From assembly GCF_026210795.1 (NCBI RefSeq), contig NC_089433.1, forward strand, positions 2,170,001 to 2,234,000: a stretch of DNA of 64,000 nt. Reading direction: 5' to 3'. Origin of the DNA: Rhizophagus irregularis (lineage: Eukaryota). The position numbers were made by a program, and so were the translations under genes. The notes below the pieces were generated by a model, which was not told the DNA's origin, ran no database searches, and saw only the letters and a program-made list of their open reading frames with translations. Below, in pieces: positions 1 through 13,108 of the stretch (its first letter is position 1; each line of letters begins with the position of its first letter).

Positions 1-29
1 ATATGTGGTCAGGTATTACCCTAAAAAGT

Positions 30-420
30 GAAGCCTTCTGCGTAATTATTATATAAATATTGGCAGAAGCCCCATCTTCCTAGATATGTACTCAGATATG
101 GTATAGCCTCTGCGTAATTTATTATATAAAAATGGCAGAAGGGTACACTTTTCTAGATATGTACTTGGGTATGGAAGGCCTGGTCAGAATCAATATATAC
201 CGCCTATACCGGCAATCGAAATTGGCATACATGTACTGGCAACAAATAGGCAACTGATATGTATCAACAAGTGAAGGTAACTCTGTAATCATTATATAAA
301 ATATTGGGAGAAGCCTTCATCTTTCTAGACAAGCAAATCGCGAATAAACATATTCCTAATAGGTGATATTTAGGGTATTCTTCTGCGTAATCATTATATA
401 AAATATTAGAAGAAGAATAC
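30..420. repeat. Four dispersed ~35-bp imperfect repeats (cttctgcgtaat.attatataaa.attggcagaag) in a repeat-like segment
   Basis: Copies at ~36, ~108, ~282 and ~380. The copy at ~36 has self-complementary ends (cttctgc..gcagaag). The segment is more GC-rich than its flanks. Confidence 0.6.
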
Positions 421-1236
421 CCTATCACTAGCCCGCTAGAATTACATACCATAGTGCCGGCCAAATTTAACCGATTTTTTATCTATGGCTGATCAAGTAA
501 CTTATGTGAGGGTGTTCCGGTGCCGAACAGTATCACGTGACCGGCGCAGTAAGGCGCAGTATAAAATCGGCCAGCACTATTTCACAATTTTGGCCAGATC
601 TTTGGGCATAATATTTCGGCATCCAAGCTGGCCTGAAACTAATGAACTAATAGAAGCACTCAGATTCCCTGCCAGTTCCATGACAGTTCCAGGAGAGTTC
701 TGGGCACTACCAGGTTACTATCATAGTGCCAACTTAGATCATGTGTCCCAAAGATCGGCCAGAAATTATACACTGCGCCACCTGACATGATATTTTTTTA
801 CCATATTTCAGCATTTTGATGGATAACAAAATAGGTGAAGAAGGAAGCACTCTCGAATCCTTAACAGGAACCAAGAGAGGCGCAGAATGGCAAAAACTTC
901 ATCATAAAACTTAGAATCCAAATAATTGCAGACAAACCAGACCTCCAACATAGAATTCAACAACCAATCAACCATAGAATCCCAATATCATAAATTATAT
1001 TAGAAAATGATTATTGATGCATAGAACTAAATAAAAATAGGTATATTTTGATTATTTAGATTATTTAAATTATTTAGTCATAACTAGGCAACAGTTTAAC
1101 AATAACTAAGTAACATTATTTTAGATTATTACCTAGTCATAGCTAGGGAACAGTTTCAACTAATAACTAAGTAACATTATTTTAGATTATTACCTACTTA
1201 TTGTTAGACTGTTACCTACTTAAATAACCTAATCTA

Positions 1237-1286
1237 AGCCGTTTATTACTAAATAATATAATTATATTATTTAGTAATAAACGGCT
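1237..1286. repeat. Perfect 50-bp palindrome
   Basis: agccgtttattactaaataatata-at-tatattatttagtaataaacggct; the 24-bp arms are exact reverse complements. Confidence 0.9.
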
Positions 1287-1499
1287 ACCCTCTATAAATT
1301 TGATAATATTTTGATTATGAAAATTGTGAATTTATTTATAAAATTTCTGGAAAGTTTTAATTTTTTTGAAACATTCTGATCACTTGGCTCATCTAAGATA
1401 TTATTGTCACTATCTGTTTCTGCTATGCATGCAGGTTTAGAAGTGGTGTTTTGGTAGTGTTTTGGTTAATTAACTCATACTAGCTGAAAGGCATTGTAC

Positions 1500-1862
1500 A
1501 AAATTTCTTCTCCTTATTGCGTTGCCTTATTTTATCATTAATGCTTTTCTTATGTGCTTTATTCAAGAAATTATCCATCTCTTTCTTCTCCAGTGACTTG
1601 GTAATGACTTCTGGTAACACTTCTGATACCATATCATTTGCTTTACAAATAGATGTATATTACTTAAGCTAATCTTTCACAGATACATCAAAAGCTGATA
1701 TTGTTACCTTTGGTATTGCTTTCTTATTATTCTGTGATTACCCATTAATACTAAAAGCTTGATTCTAAAATTGCAGATCTCAGTATTCTCCTTACTAAGC
1801 TCTGCATTCTTAGCCTCAAGTTTAGTAATATGCTGTTTCAATGATTTAAGCTTAGATGACAT
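1500..1862 (-). pseudogene. Decayed coiled-coil ORF of a probable high-copy repeat/TE-associated family
   Basis: Starts MSSKLKSLKQHITKLEAKNAELSKENTEICNFRIKL and stops early. A downstream fragment in a broken frame reads EEREMDNFLNKAHKKSINDKIRQRNKEKK. Confidence 0.5.
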
Positions 1863-2139
1863 GATTTATATATAGTATAACTAATACAATTTATATAAGC
1901 ATTCAAAATAAAAAAAAAATATGTGTTTTTAATCGGACTTCTAGCTGAAATTTTTTATTATTATATACAAAAATAAATATAAAGAATTGGGACTTATCCA
2001 TGATATATAACATCTATGTTAATATTCTATCCTATTATTCTGTTTTTACCTACTTCAATAAGCCTTATGATTCGATTTGACTATATAAGTTCTATATTAA
2101 ACTTTTAAAAACTTTACTATATCTAATATTGAGATTTTA

Positions 2140-2256
2140 TTAGTGACTTTACTATAACGAATGAAATTTATTATTGATTGGATTGAGGAAATAAAAAAAG
2201 TTTACTATAAGTAAAATTTACTATAACAAACTTTACTATAATAAGCTTTGACTGTA
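2140..2256. mobile_element. Right-end remnant of a TA-flanked Tc1/mariner-pogo-like MITE
   Basis: Ends ...tttactataataagctttgactg-TA with subterminal tttactata repeats. The same terminus occurs in the element at 57818-58424. Confidence 0.55.
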
Positions 2257-4384
2257 TTAGCTAATATATATCACTACTCTAATGTACCTTTAGGATTTTG
2301 AGTTTTGAGATTTCACATTAAATCTATATAATATATATATAAAAAACTAATTATTTATAATATAATATATTAAGTCAAATTATTACCATTTAAATTGTGC
2401 TAATATAAGGAATTTAATAATAGTAAATTTTTATTTTAATTTGACTTTTAAATAGCAAGTTTTATAATGATAATATAAAATAGCTAAAATTAAATATTTT
2501 GCTTAAAGGTTTTTTTTTTGAAAAAATTTAGTAAGAATTTTGCATATTTTGATAAATTTATATCATTATACTTAAATATAAGTACCATTTTTTAAAAAAA
2601 TTATAATTTCTTAAAGGTAAATTGAGTACAAAAATAATAATTTTCAAATTTTTTTATTGATATTTTTAAAAAGGTTCTATTTGGTAAATATTAATTTAAA
2701 AAGAAAATGGCGATCTTACATTTGAAACAATAAGTGATAGGGACTGTATTATTTATTAAATTTTAATGTCTTTTTTGAATATGTTATCAATCAAAAAATT
2801 TTTTTAATTATGGGCAGTAGTATTAGCCAAGAATATCACGTGTAAATCACATGATTTATTCGATCATAAAGAACTTATATACCAATTACCAAAGATAATG
2901 AATAACGAATAAACTAATACTGTAGCTTAATAATTCAATTAGTTAATGTACTGTATATATTATGAAATAATTTTATCACGAAAATTTTCAGTTTGACATT
3001 TTAATGATTGGATAATATAGAATCGATTTTTGAACGAATGATAAGATACTAAATTGAAGAAAGAAACATTTTTTTTAAATATAGCAAAGTTCGAAATTTG
3101 TTATTCGATAGAAGTATTGTGTATCATTACACTTAAGCTTCAATAAATGTATTCCTATACATTACTGTATCTCTTTAAAATTTGGTTTTAATAATAATAA
3201 TGCTATCTGTGAATAAATGCACGCTCATACATTGCTAGTAAAATTGACAGGTCAATATCTCGTGATTGAAGTGTTGAGCTTTACATTTAGATATGCAACC
3301 TCAATAACATCGGCGATCTCCTTTTTTAAAATAAATATCTTTGATGATTTTATTTGACAATTGTTTAAGAGGTGAGACGAACTTAATTTCAATAATATAA
3401 AAAAACATTTATTATTAGAATTATTATTCTGCATGAGTTTGGTGGGATAAAATAACGCCATTTTCGGTGTTGGTTCGATCAAAAAATTGTGATTAATTGA
3501 TCAGTTATTGCCATCATTATGCTTGATGGTTAAAATGTAAAACAATGTAAATCGCATTGTCGCACTAAATGCAGAACAATATTTACAAATTATTAGTAAA
3601 TCAAAAAGACTAGGATTATATGGCGATCTGTACCTGCATGCTGCTCCGCGCATACAAAATTTTTTATCGTTAACAATAAGTATTACATCTTCATTTCACC
3701 AATCGAAATACAGATGCATTCAATTATTTTATGTAATACATTTAATATTGTAATTATTAAAGAAATTTCATCGTTTATTCTTCTAGAACAAATCGATGTC
3801 GTCATTTAAATGTAAGAACCTTTACATAATCATAAAAATATTTACAATTATAAAGCTAAAAATGAAAATATTATGTTTTAATTAAAAAATGAACATTTAT
3901 CTAACTAACGACTATTTCCGATCCCATAAAAAAATAAAATGTCATTGGTGCATTATGATTTGATCATAAGACTGTTTGTTTCATTATATATCAATAAAAT
4001 ACGTTGTACAGTAGGTCAACTCATATAAGTAATCTTGGCGTTCGATTTATATTAAAAGGTTTTAGACCAATTTATATAATTTATTTAATATAACAAGTTT
4101 TATCCCCTTAAAATATACATATATATTTTTTTGGGGGGGAAGTTCTTTTTTTTTTTTGAGGAAATCCTCTTAAATATTATACATTGCGAAACTTTTGAAT
4201 TTTTTTTTATTTTTATTTAATACAACTTAAAATTGATACCATTATTGTGTGCGTGAATACTGTCACTCCCTTTTGAGAAGGAATATTATTACCACAATAA
4301 TTATTTATATATTATTTATTAATTTAATATTACAAAGTATATATTATACGATAATATAATCACATTGTTAAAATTATATTTAAT

Positions 4385-4992
4385 ATGGCCGGAAATCAAC
4401 AACAACAACGTAAAGGAAAATGGTCGCCCGACGTAAGTCAAGACATGATTTCATTTAATAATTAAATGTTTAAATGCGCATTTATTTTTAACTGAATACT
4501 TCTTCAGGAGGATAATTTATTAAGAAGTCTCGTAGCTCAATATAGCGTTGATGGTGAAGACATTGATTGGTTTATCTTGGAACAAAATTTTAATGGTATG
4601 AGAGACTCTAAGCAAATTCGTGAGAGATGGGTTAATCATTTAAATCCTTCAAGTAAATATTCAAAATTCTTTTTTAAAAAAAAAAAATTTATATATACAG
4701 TACATATATATATTTTTCTTTTGAATTTTATACATACTAAACAAAGATTCTTTTTATTTTTGTTTTAGTCAAAAAGAGAAAATTTAATGAAAGCGAAATA
4801 AAAATTATTGAAGATGAATGTTCTAGACATAAATTTAAGTGGGCAAAAATCGCGAAGAAGATTCCTAACGCTACTCCTCTCATGATTAAAAATTTTTATA
4901 ATAATAGATTAAAAAAGAAAAATAATTCTAATAGAAGACAAAATAATTCAAGCACTACTATTCCTATTATTACTGTTAATAATTTTAACTAA
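4385..4992 (+). CDS. Two-repeat (R2R3-like) Myb protein, short, lacking the C-terminal motif
   Basis: Exons 4385-4432, 4508-4652, 4769-4992. MAGNQQQQRKGKWSPD|EDNLLRSLV..IDWFILEQNFNGMRDSKQIRERWVNHLNPS|IKKRKFNESE..KWAKIAKKIPNATPLMIKNFYNNRLKKK..N*. Confidence 0.9.
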
Positions 4993-5505
4993 TATGATGA
5001 TATCTTAAATATATATATATATTATCTAGTTATTAATTAATATAATACAACTTAATGAATAAAATATATCAATATAAAATAATACATAAATGAAAAAAAA
5101 GGTAAACTAAAATATAGAATTATGTAGTCTTATTATATTTACAGAGACACCGCAGTAAGTGTCGTTTAAATGTTATAAAGTATAAGTTTAGTATTTAAGT
5201 AAATTAGAGGTGAATAATAATAAATCATATAATGAAGGGTGTTCTTATTTAAAAAGGTGTATATTAAATAGAATACTAGTAAGGCTTTTGGGTATTTTTT
5301 CGTTTAGATTTTAAAAAGAAAATTATTAGTAATAGAATTAATATAATAAATTTGATTAATTCTAGCCTTATCTCATTCCTAAGAATCCTAATTAAGGTGT
5401 CCTTAATTTACGTTTAACAGTCCTTCTTTTAAAGTTGGCATAAAAAATGCATTGTTAGATATTAGTAAGATTTCCAAAAATGTTTTTTTTTTTGCTAACA
5501 ATCAA

Positions 5506-6622
5506 TTAAATGATAAAATATAATAGGTACATACATATAATATTATTTAAAATATAAATTATATCCATTTTTGGATTTGGATTTAAAAGAAAATTAATCG
5601 TAAGCTTATAGGGTATAATTACTGTGATAGCTGGTTGAACATTATTGGCATTATTTCTGAAAAATCAACAACATTTTAGCATATTATAAATACAGTGTAA
5701 TGTCTCACAAATAGGGATCTAGTAACAAAAAATACTCACTGCGGAGGAATGACAATTGGGACAATTGGCTGTATTGGCGGTATATCTATAAAATATAAAT
5801 AATGATATAGAAACATATATTACCCATCAACACAAATTTAAAATGATATGATCGTGTAACACATTTTATCAATCTTTGATATATTTTTAATATGTAAAAA
5901 CACTTCAAGTGTAAGGGGCAAAAGATATATTCGTTCTTAACATCATTTGATAATATCTTCTCTTTCAAAACAACATTGCTTTTAATTACTCATTAAGTTT
6001 CCTTCAATCAATGAATATACATATAAAAGTGCAAAGATCATCAAAAACCCAAGGCCCCAAACTGGCTCCAAACTGGCCCAAACTGAACCTACCTTATCTA
6101 TATAATATTACTTTTCAACTAGACAATAAATGTTAACTATCTTACAGATTACTCAACTATCTAACTACCTGACGCTGTCATGACGAACCTTACCGATATA
6201 TATTTTTGGACGTATTATAAACTGCATATTTTAAATTGAAACTTACTATTAAGTTCGGCAAATCTAAAATTTTTAAATCCCATATTTTATTATTAACTTA
6301 GAATAAAAAATTTAAATATATTACAAAGGAAGGAGAAAATTTTTTTTTTACTTTTTTCTACAATCTTGCGCTGTTTTCGTTTCAAGTAAAGTTCCGATTT
6401 TATTCCAATCTTGACCATGTTCGTTAACCAACTGAAGAAGTTGATTTATCTCCTACGCATTTTAGATATGATCATGATAAGCATTTTGTAATATATAATA
6501 TAATCTATAATTAAATTTCTTAGGAAAAAGTCGATTTAAAATGTGTACGTATACAGTACATGTTCAAACCAACAAGGACCTCGTCTTTGTAAATTGCGGG
6601 TTTGGTGTTGTTGCTGATTCAT
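5506..6622 (-). CDS. Single-repeat Myb/SANT protein with two C-terminal motif copies
   Basis: Exons 6622-6560, 6452-6352, 6263-6247, 5785-5740, 5656-5506. MNQQQHQTRNLQRRGPCWFEH|EINQLLQLVNEHGQDWNKIGTLLETKTAQDCRKK|FAELN|..YKLTINFLLNPNPKMDIIYILN. The middle exon choice is uncertain. Confidence 0.78.
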
Positions 6623-6878
6623 TATATAATACTAATACAAAAAAGAACGGATTAAAGTAGATTTTTAAGATGTGTAAGTTTGATTAACCTTTTTATTTAT
6701 GTTCATGATATGGGTTTAAATTGAGGTGTTTGGTTCGGTTCCTTTTTATAAACTATAAATCGTCATGGACTTCGCCACGCGATTGATTAACCGTTACCGT
6801 TTATAGTTTTTTTATAATATTAAGCACTGAATGTTCTAGTCGGTTACATGTGGTTTACCTACACCTTAAAATAGGAAG

Positions 6879-9800
6879 GTAATAATGAATGGTGTTGCGC
6901 CCATGGAACGCTGCAAGAATTTAAAAGAAAGTCATTTTGGTGCAGATCTACAGAGAATGAAAGGATTTAGGATGAACAAAGATGTCATTTTATTATGTCA
7001 ATAATATTAATAATTTTATCGTTAAAGATGGAGCTTTTTTTTAAAAAAACTTTGATAAAAATTTTGAACATGCTCTGTGATTGATATCATGTAATCTTTA
7101 ATTCGTGAATTTTATTTAAAAAAAAAATAGAGATTATTTAAAATTTCAACAATTTCTTTATAATTTATTAGCATTAATAATCAACCTTGAATAAAAAACT
7201 ATCTTTATTTGATAATATTGTATATTCGGATTTATCTTTTTTTTTTGCGCTAGATGTTATAGTACATGTATGATAATAATATGAGAACTAAATATATCGA
7301 AAAATTTGAGCTTTATAACGTATTTTTATGAAATCCAAACTTAATATCTTCAGCTATAAACAAGAAAGAACGTAGTAATTTTTAAACCCATTTAAATTAT
7401 ACACATGAGTTTAATTGTAATTCTTCAGACTTTTTGCAAATACTTTTTCTTTTTTGCAATAATTAAAAGGAAATAAATTTTATTTAAATGCGCAGATGGT
7501 CATCATTTGTACTACCTTAACAAATTCTAATAAGAAATGTTCTCTTTTTCTTGGCATTTTAAGGAAAAAAAAGGAACATTTTTGGAAATTTGACCAACAA
7601 TCTAAATAGAAAATTCCATTTATCGCTGTAATGAACAGGTCATCCGAATTTCTTTCTGTTGGAGTTTTCTCATAATTCTGTAATTCAATTCTAGAGATTT
7701 AGAGAGTACAAATACAAATGTATGCTTTAAGTAAAAAGATAATTAAAAAACATTATATATAATATATTCATTTGATATGGTTATAGTTATAAATAGCATG
7801 AATGTATTTTAATTTAGAATAATCCTAACGCATGAACAAAGATATATATGTACGCCCAAGTCAATCATAATATATTACTAACCAGAACAAGGCTTAGTAG
7901 TTTTTTAAACTGCGGACAAAAATCTACTTAATAATATTCCGCAACCATGGGAAATGAATTTTCATGTCCCATTGGAAGGTGTCAGCCTTATATAAATAAA
8001 TAAATATTAAAAAAAATTTTACTTAATTTTGTATTAATATTTATATTAAAATTATTAAAATTATTTAGTTTAAAAAAGTAAGAATATTAGATAAACGTAT
8101 TTTTACTTATTATTTTTTTTTAAAAAAAAAAGCACTAATGAATTTACCTGATAAATCACTTCTTTCAAGTTATAAAACAAGTTGATCTACTTCACCCGCA
8201 GACAAAAAAAAAAAGTTTTTGTTATGTTGTGTAATTCACATGGTAGTATGTTTGTAACATAAACGTAAATGAGTGTGAAAGTATGGTATCGGAAACAAAT
8301 CCTATTTGAGATTCCGAACCGAAAATGAAAGGTCGAAAAAGAGAATCAGATTACCAAAAACGCAACATCGTAAGGCTATAAAATTTCTATTATTATTAAA
8401 ATGTGAATTACATTATGCATAAGCTATGATAACAAGAATAACCTAGATATCGTCATCTTATGTTTTTGACTTTTTTTTGTGTATGACCTCTATGGAATCT
8501 TTTAGTTATTAATTTTCCGATTTATATTTTTATGAAACGCCAATTTTTTTTTTATGTCAACCAATCGAATCTTTCGCAGCTTGTGCTAACTAAATTTAAC
8601 ATATTTAGTTATTTATAGCAATAACTGCTTTATTAAATTTACGCCCAAACTCAATTTCATGTACGTAATAACCGTTCTTGTGAAAATATTCACTATTAAA
8701 TCTTTTTATTTTTTGTGTCGTTTTTTCATTATGTTTTTTGCGTTTCGTATTACTTAGTATAATATTATAGAATTAGCCGAAAATAGTAACAATTATGAAG
8801 AAAACCTTACAAAAACATTTTAATATAAAAGTTCGAAAAAAAAAAATATTCATATAATTATTGTGCAATGTAACTTCTTGCGTTTTTTTATTGCCATTGA
8901 ACAAGATTCTTATTCGTTGATATAATACTTGTGACACGAAATTCTATACATTTCTTAGGTTTGCAATTTTGCAATAACAAATAGTAATAGTGTTCCATTC
9001 AAAAATTTGAGTTAACTACAATTGGTCTTTGATGTTACAAAAAAAAAATTCTCTCTTTTAAAGTACTACTTTTTTTGATCAAGCTTCAAAGGTTAAACTT
9101 ATTCTGGCAACTCAAAAGATATACACATTCTAATAAACTAAATACTGAGGGGGGTAATCCAAGTTCAATGTAAATGAATGGGTTGCCAATTTTAGGGGTG
9201 TCTAAAGCCGTGTTCTATCACGTGATTTTCCAACTGGTAATGGATATGTTACACAAGTTAAAAATAGTGTAACTTTAAAATAGATAATAATAGTGATCAA
9301 AAAATATTTAGTCAAAAAAGTTAACCGTTAAACTGCCCGAGTCTATACTAATAAATAAAGGATGTATACAGAAATCTTCATTAGTAAACTTTTAACGGTT
9401 TTTTTTGCGGGATAATGAAATATAAATATGCCCTGTTTCCTCCAATGTTATAGCCTTATATAACTCGAAATTTTTGTTTTTTTTTTGAATTTTTCTCAAC
9501 TTTTTAAGTACTATTCTCTTGCACTATAATTTAGTATTTTACTTATTCTACTGCTACCAATATATAGCCAGTGGTTTATCGTACAATATAATCATCCTCA
9601 CACGGTTTCTCTTTTTCTTTCTTTATAACCGTTGTAAACATTTTATTAATATAATATGGTAGGAAATCGTAAAGGAAGATGGATTCTTGACGTAAGTCTC
9701 TCTTTATTAATTACTGCGGTTGTATAGATAATTATCATTCATCTTATGTTTAAACTTCATCAATTTAAATGTTCAGGAGGATAGGTTATTAATCCGTCTC

Positions 9801-10996
9801 GTAAATGATGGAGAAGATATTGATTGGTCTGTCCTGGAATAAATGTAATAATGAATGGCGTTACGCCCATGGAACGCATCATTTTGGTACAGATCTACAG
9901 AGAATGAAAGGATTTAGGATAAATAAAGATGACATTTTATTATGTCGATAATGTGATTAATAATTTTATCGTTTTAAAAGTGAAAATATAAAAGAGCTTT
10001 TTTTTAAAAAAACTTTGGTAAAAATTTTGAACATGCTCTTAATTCGTGAATTTTATTTAAAAAAAAATAAAAAAATAAAGATTCTTTAAAATTTCAACAA
10101 TTTCTTTATGATTTATTAGCATTAATAATTATCCTTAAATATAAAACTATCTAAATCTTTATTTGATTATATTGTATCTTCGAATTTATCTTTTTTTTTA
10201 TTTGCGCTAGATGTTATAGTACATATATGATAATAATATGAGAACTAAATATATCGAAAATTTGAGCTTTATAACGAATTTTTATGAAATTCAAACTTAA
10301 TTAACTTCAGCTATAAACCAAAAAGAACGAAGTAATTTTTAAACCCATTTAAATTATATGCATGAGTTCAATTGTAATTCTTCAGACTTTTTGCAAATGC
10401 CTTTTTTTTTTTTAATAAAATAATGAAATTAGTAAGTTAGTATTAGTTTAGCAAAGACAAGATTTAAACAATAATTAAAAGGAAATAAATTTTTATTTAA
10501 ATGCGCAGAATGGTCATCATTTTGTACTACCTTAACAAATTCTAATAAGAAATGTTCTTATTTTTTCTTGGCATTTTAAGGAAAAAAAAAGGAACATTTT
10601 TGGAAATTTGACCAACAATCTAAATAGAAAATTCCATTTATTGTAATGATGAAATTAAACAGGTCATCCGAATTTCTTTCTGTTGAAGTTTTCTAGAGAT
10701 TTAGAGAGTACAAATATAAATGTATACTTTAAGTAAAAAGATAATTAAAAAACATTATATATAATAGATTCGATATGGTTATAGTTATAAATAGCATGAA
10801 TGTATTTTAATTTAGAACAATATGTCCTAACGCATGAACGAAGATATATATGTACGCCCAAGTCAATCATAATATATAACTAACCAAACTTAACAAGGCT
10901 TAGTAGTTGTTTTTAAACTGCGGCAACAAATCTGCTTAATAATATTCCGCAACCATGGAAAATGAATTTTCATGTCCCATTGGAAGGTGTTAGCCT

Positions 10997-11029
<33 letters not shown>

Positions 11030-13108
11030 GCATTTTTTTTAAAAAAAAAATTCTTAATTTTGTATTAATATTTATATTAAAATTATTTAATTTAAAAAAG
11101 TAAGAATATTTTTAATACTAAATAAACGTAAATTCCTGTTCGATAACATGATTTATTATTATTATTATTTTTTTTTAAAAAAAAAGCACTAATGAATTTG
11201 GACACTAATTATTCGTTTAAAACCTGATAAATCACTTCTTTCAAGTTATAAAACAAGTTGATCTACTTCTCCCGCAGACAAAAAAAAAAGTTTTTTGTTA
11301 TGTTGTGTAATTCACATGGTAGTATGTTTGTAACGTAAACGTAAATGATATGGTATCGGAAAAGCAAATGTGAATCCTATTAGGCTACACAAACATAATA
11401 TTCGGCAAATCTTATTTGAAATTTCGAACCGAAAATGAAAGGTCGAAAAAGAGAAACAGATTACCAAAAACGCAACATCGTAAGCTATTATTATTAATAA
11501 AATGTGAATTACATTATGCATAAGCTATGATAACAAGAATAACCTAGATATTGTCATCTTATGTTTTTGACCTTTTTTTGCGCACGACCTCTATGGAATC
11601 TTTTAGTTATTAATTTTCCGATTTTATATTTTAAAAAAAAAATGAAAACGCCAATTTTTTTTTTATGTCAACCAATCGAATCTTCCGCAGCTTGTGCTAA
11701 CTAAATTTAACATATTTCATAAACTTTAGTTATTTATAGTAATAATTGCTTACGCCCAAAACTCAATATCATGTACGGTATAACCGTTCTTGGGAAAATA
11801 TCACTATTAAATCTTTTTTTTTTGTGTCGTTTTTTCATTATGTTTTTTGCGTTTCGTATTACTTGGTATAATATTATGGAATTAGCCGAAAATAGTAACA
11901 ATTATGAAGAAAACCTTACAAAAACATTTTAATATAAAAGTTCGAAAAAAAAAAAATATTCATATAATTATTGTGCAATGTAACTTCTGGCGTTTTTTTT
12001 TTATTGTCATTGAACAAGATTCTTATTCGTTGATATAATACTTGTGACACGAAGTTCTATACATTTCTTAGGTTTGCACAAATAGTAATAGTGTTTCCGA
12101 CTCAAAAATTTGAGTTAACTACAATTGGTCTTTGATGTTACAAAAAAAAAAATTTCTCTCTTTTAAAGTATTACTTTTTTTGATCAAGCTTCAAAGGTTA
12201 AACTTATCCTGGCAACTCAAAAGATTATATATTATATACACTGTATGCATACAACATTCTAATTTCTATAATACTAGGGGGGTAATCCAAGTTGAATGTA
12301 AATGAATGGGTTGCCAATTTTAGTATAATATATTATATCTATTATATCATTGTAATAATAATAGTAATTTAACGTGATCATAAATATTTAGTTTCGTGCA
12401 ACCAAAAAAAATGTAACGGAGTAAATTTTAAACTGTCCCGGATTATAAGCCTATACTAAATAAAGTATGTATACAGAAAATCTTCATTCATCCAATTTCT
12501 AACTTTAGTAAACTTCTAAAGTTCTTGCCCGTATTACGCTGGTTTTTTTGGCGGGATAATGAAAAAATGAAATATAAATATGCCCTGTTTCCTTCAATGT
12601 AATAACCTTATGTAACTCGAAATTTTTTTTTTTTTTTGAATTTTTCTTTTTTTTGTCAACCTTTTTAAGTACTATTTAAATTGTCAACATTCTTTAAATA
12701 TTATTAGTGTAAGAAGAAGTGAGATATATCGTTGTTTCTCTGTGAGAACTATTATACTTCTCTTGCACTATAATTTAATATTTTACTTATTCTACTGCTA
12801 CCAATATATAGCTAGTGGTTTATCGTACAATATTATCATCCTCATACTGTCACTCTTTTTCTTTCTTTATAACCGTTGTAAACATTTTATTAATATAATA
12901 TGGTAGGAAATCGTAAAGGAAGATGGATTCTTGACGTAAGTTTCTCATTATTAATTACTGCGGTTGTATAAATAATTATTCATGGTTGGTATCATTCATC
13001 TTATGCTTAAATTTCATCAATTTAAATGTTCAGGAGGATAGGTTATTAATCCGTCTCGTAGATGAATATAGCGTTGATGGGGAAGATATTGATTGGTCTG
13101 TCTTGGAA
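6879..13108 (+). repeat. ~3-kb tandem segmental duplication (copy 1 ~6879-9842, copy 2 ~9845-13108)
   Basis: Collinear matches throughout, e.g. agatctacagagaatgaaaggatttagg at ~6944 and ~9891, and the Myb first exon at 9656 and 12900. The copies differ by many substitutions and indels. Confidence 0.93.
9656..9842 (+). pseudogene. Truncated Myb pseudogene (5' fragment of the 12900 gene)
   Basis: MVGNRKGRWILD|EDRLLIRLVNDGEDIDWSVLE*. It has a 12-nt deletion relative to the paralogue and a TAA at the duplication junction. Confidence 0.88.

Noticed and set aside
264..790. ORFs 264-464 (-) and 485-790 (+)
   Set aside because: They lie in a repeat-like, more GC-rich segment and show no recognisable domain.
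6194..6221. Candidate extra exon in the minus-strand Myb gene
   Set aside because: It has good splice sites, but including it shifts the frame away from the motif-bearing last exon. Left out pending RNA data.
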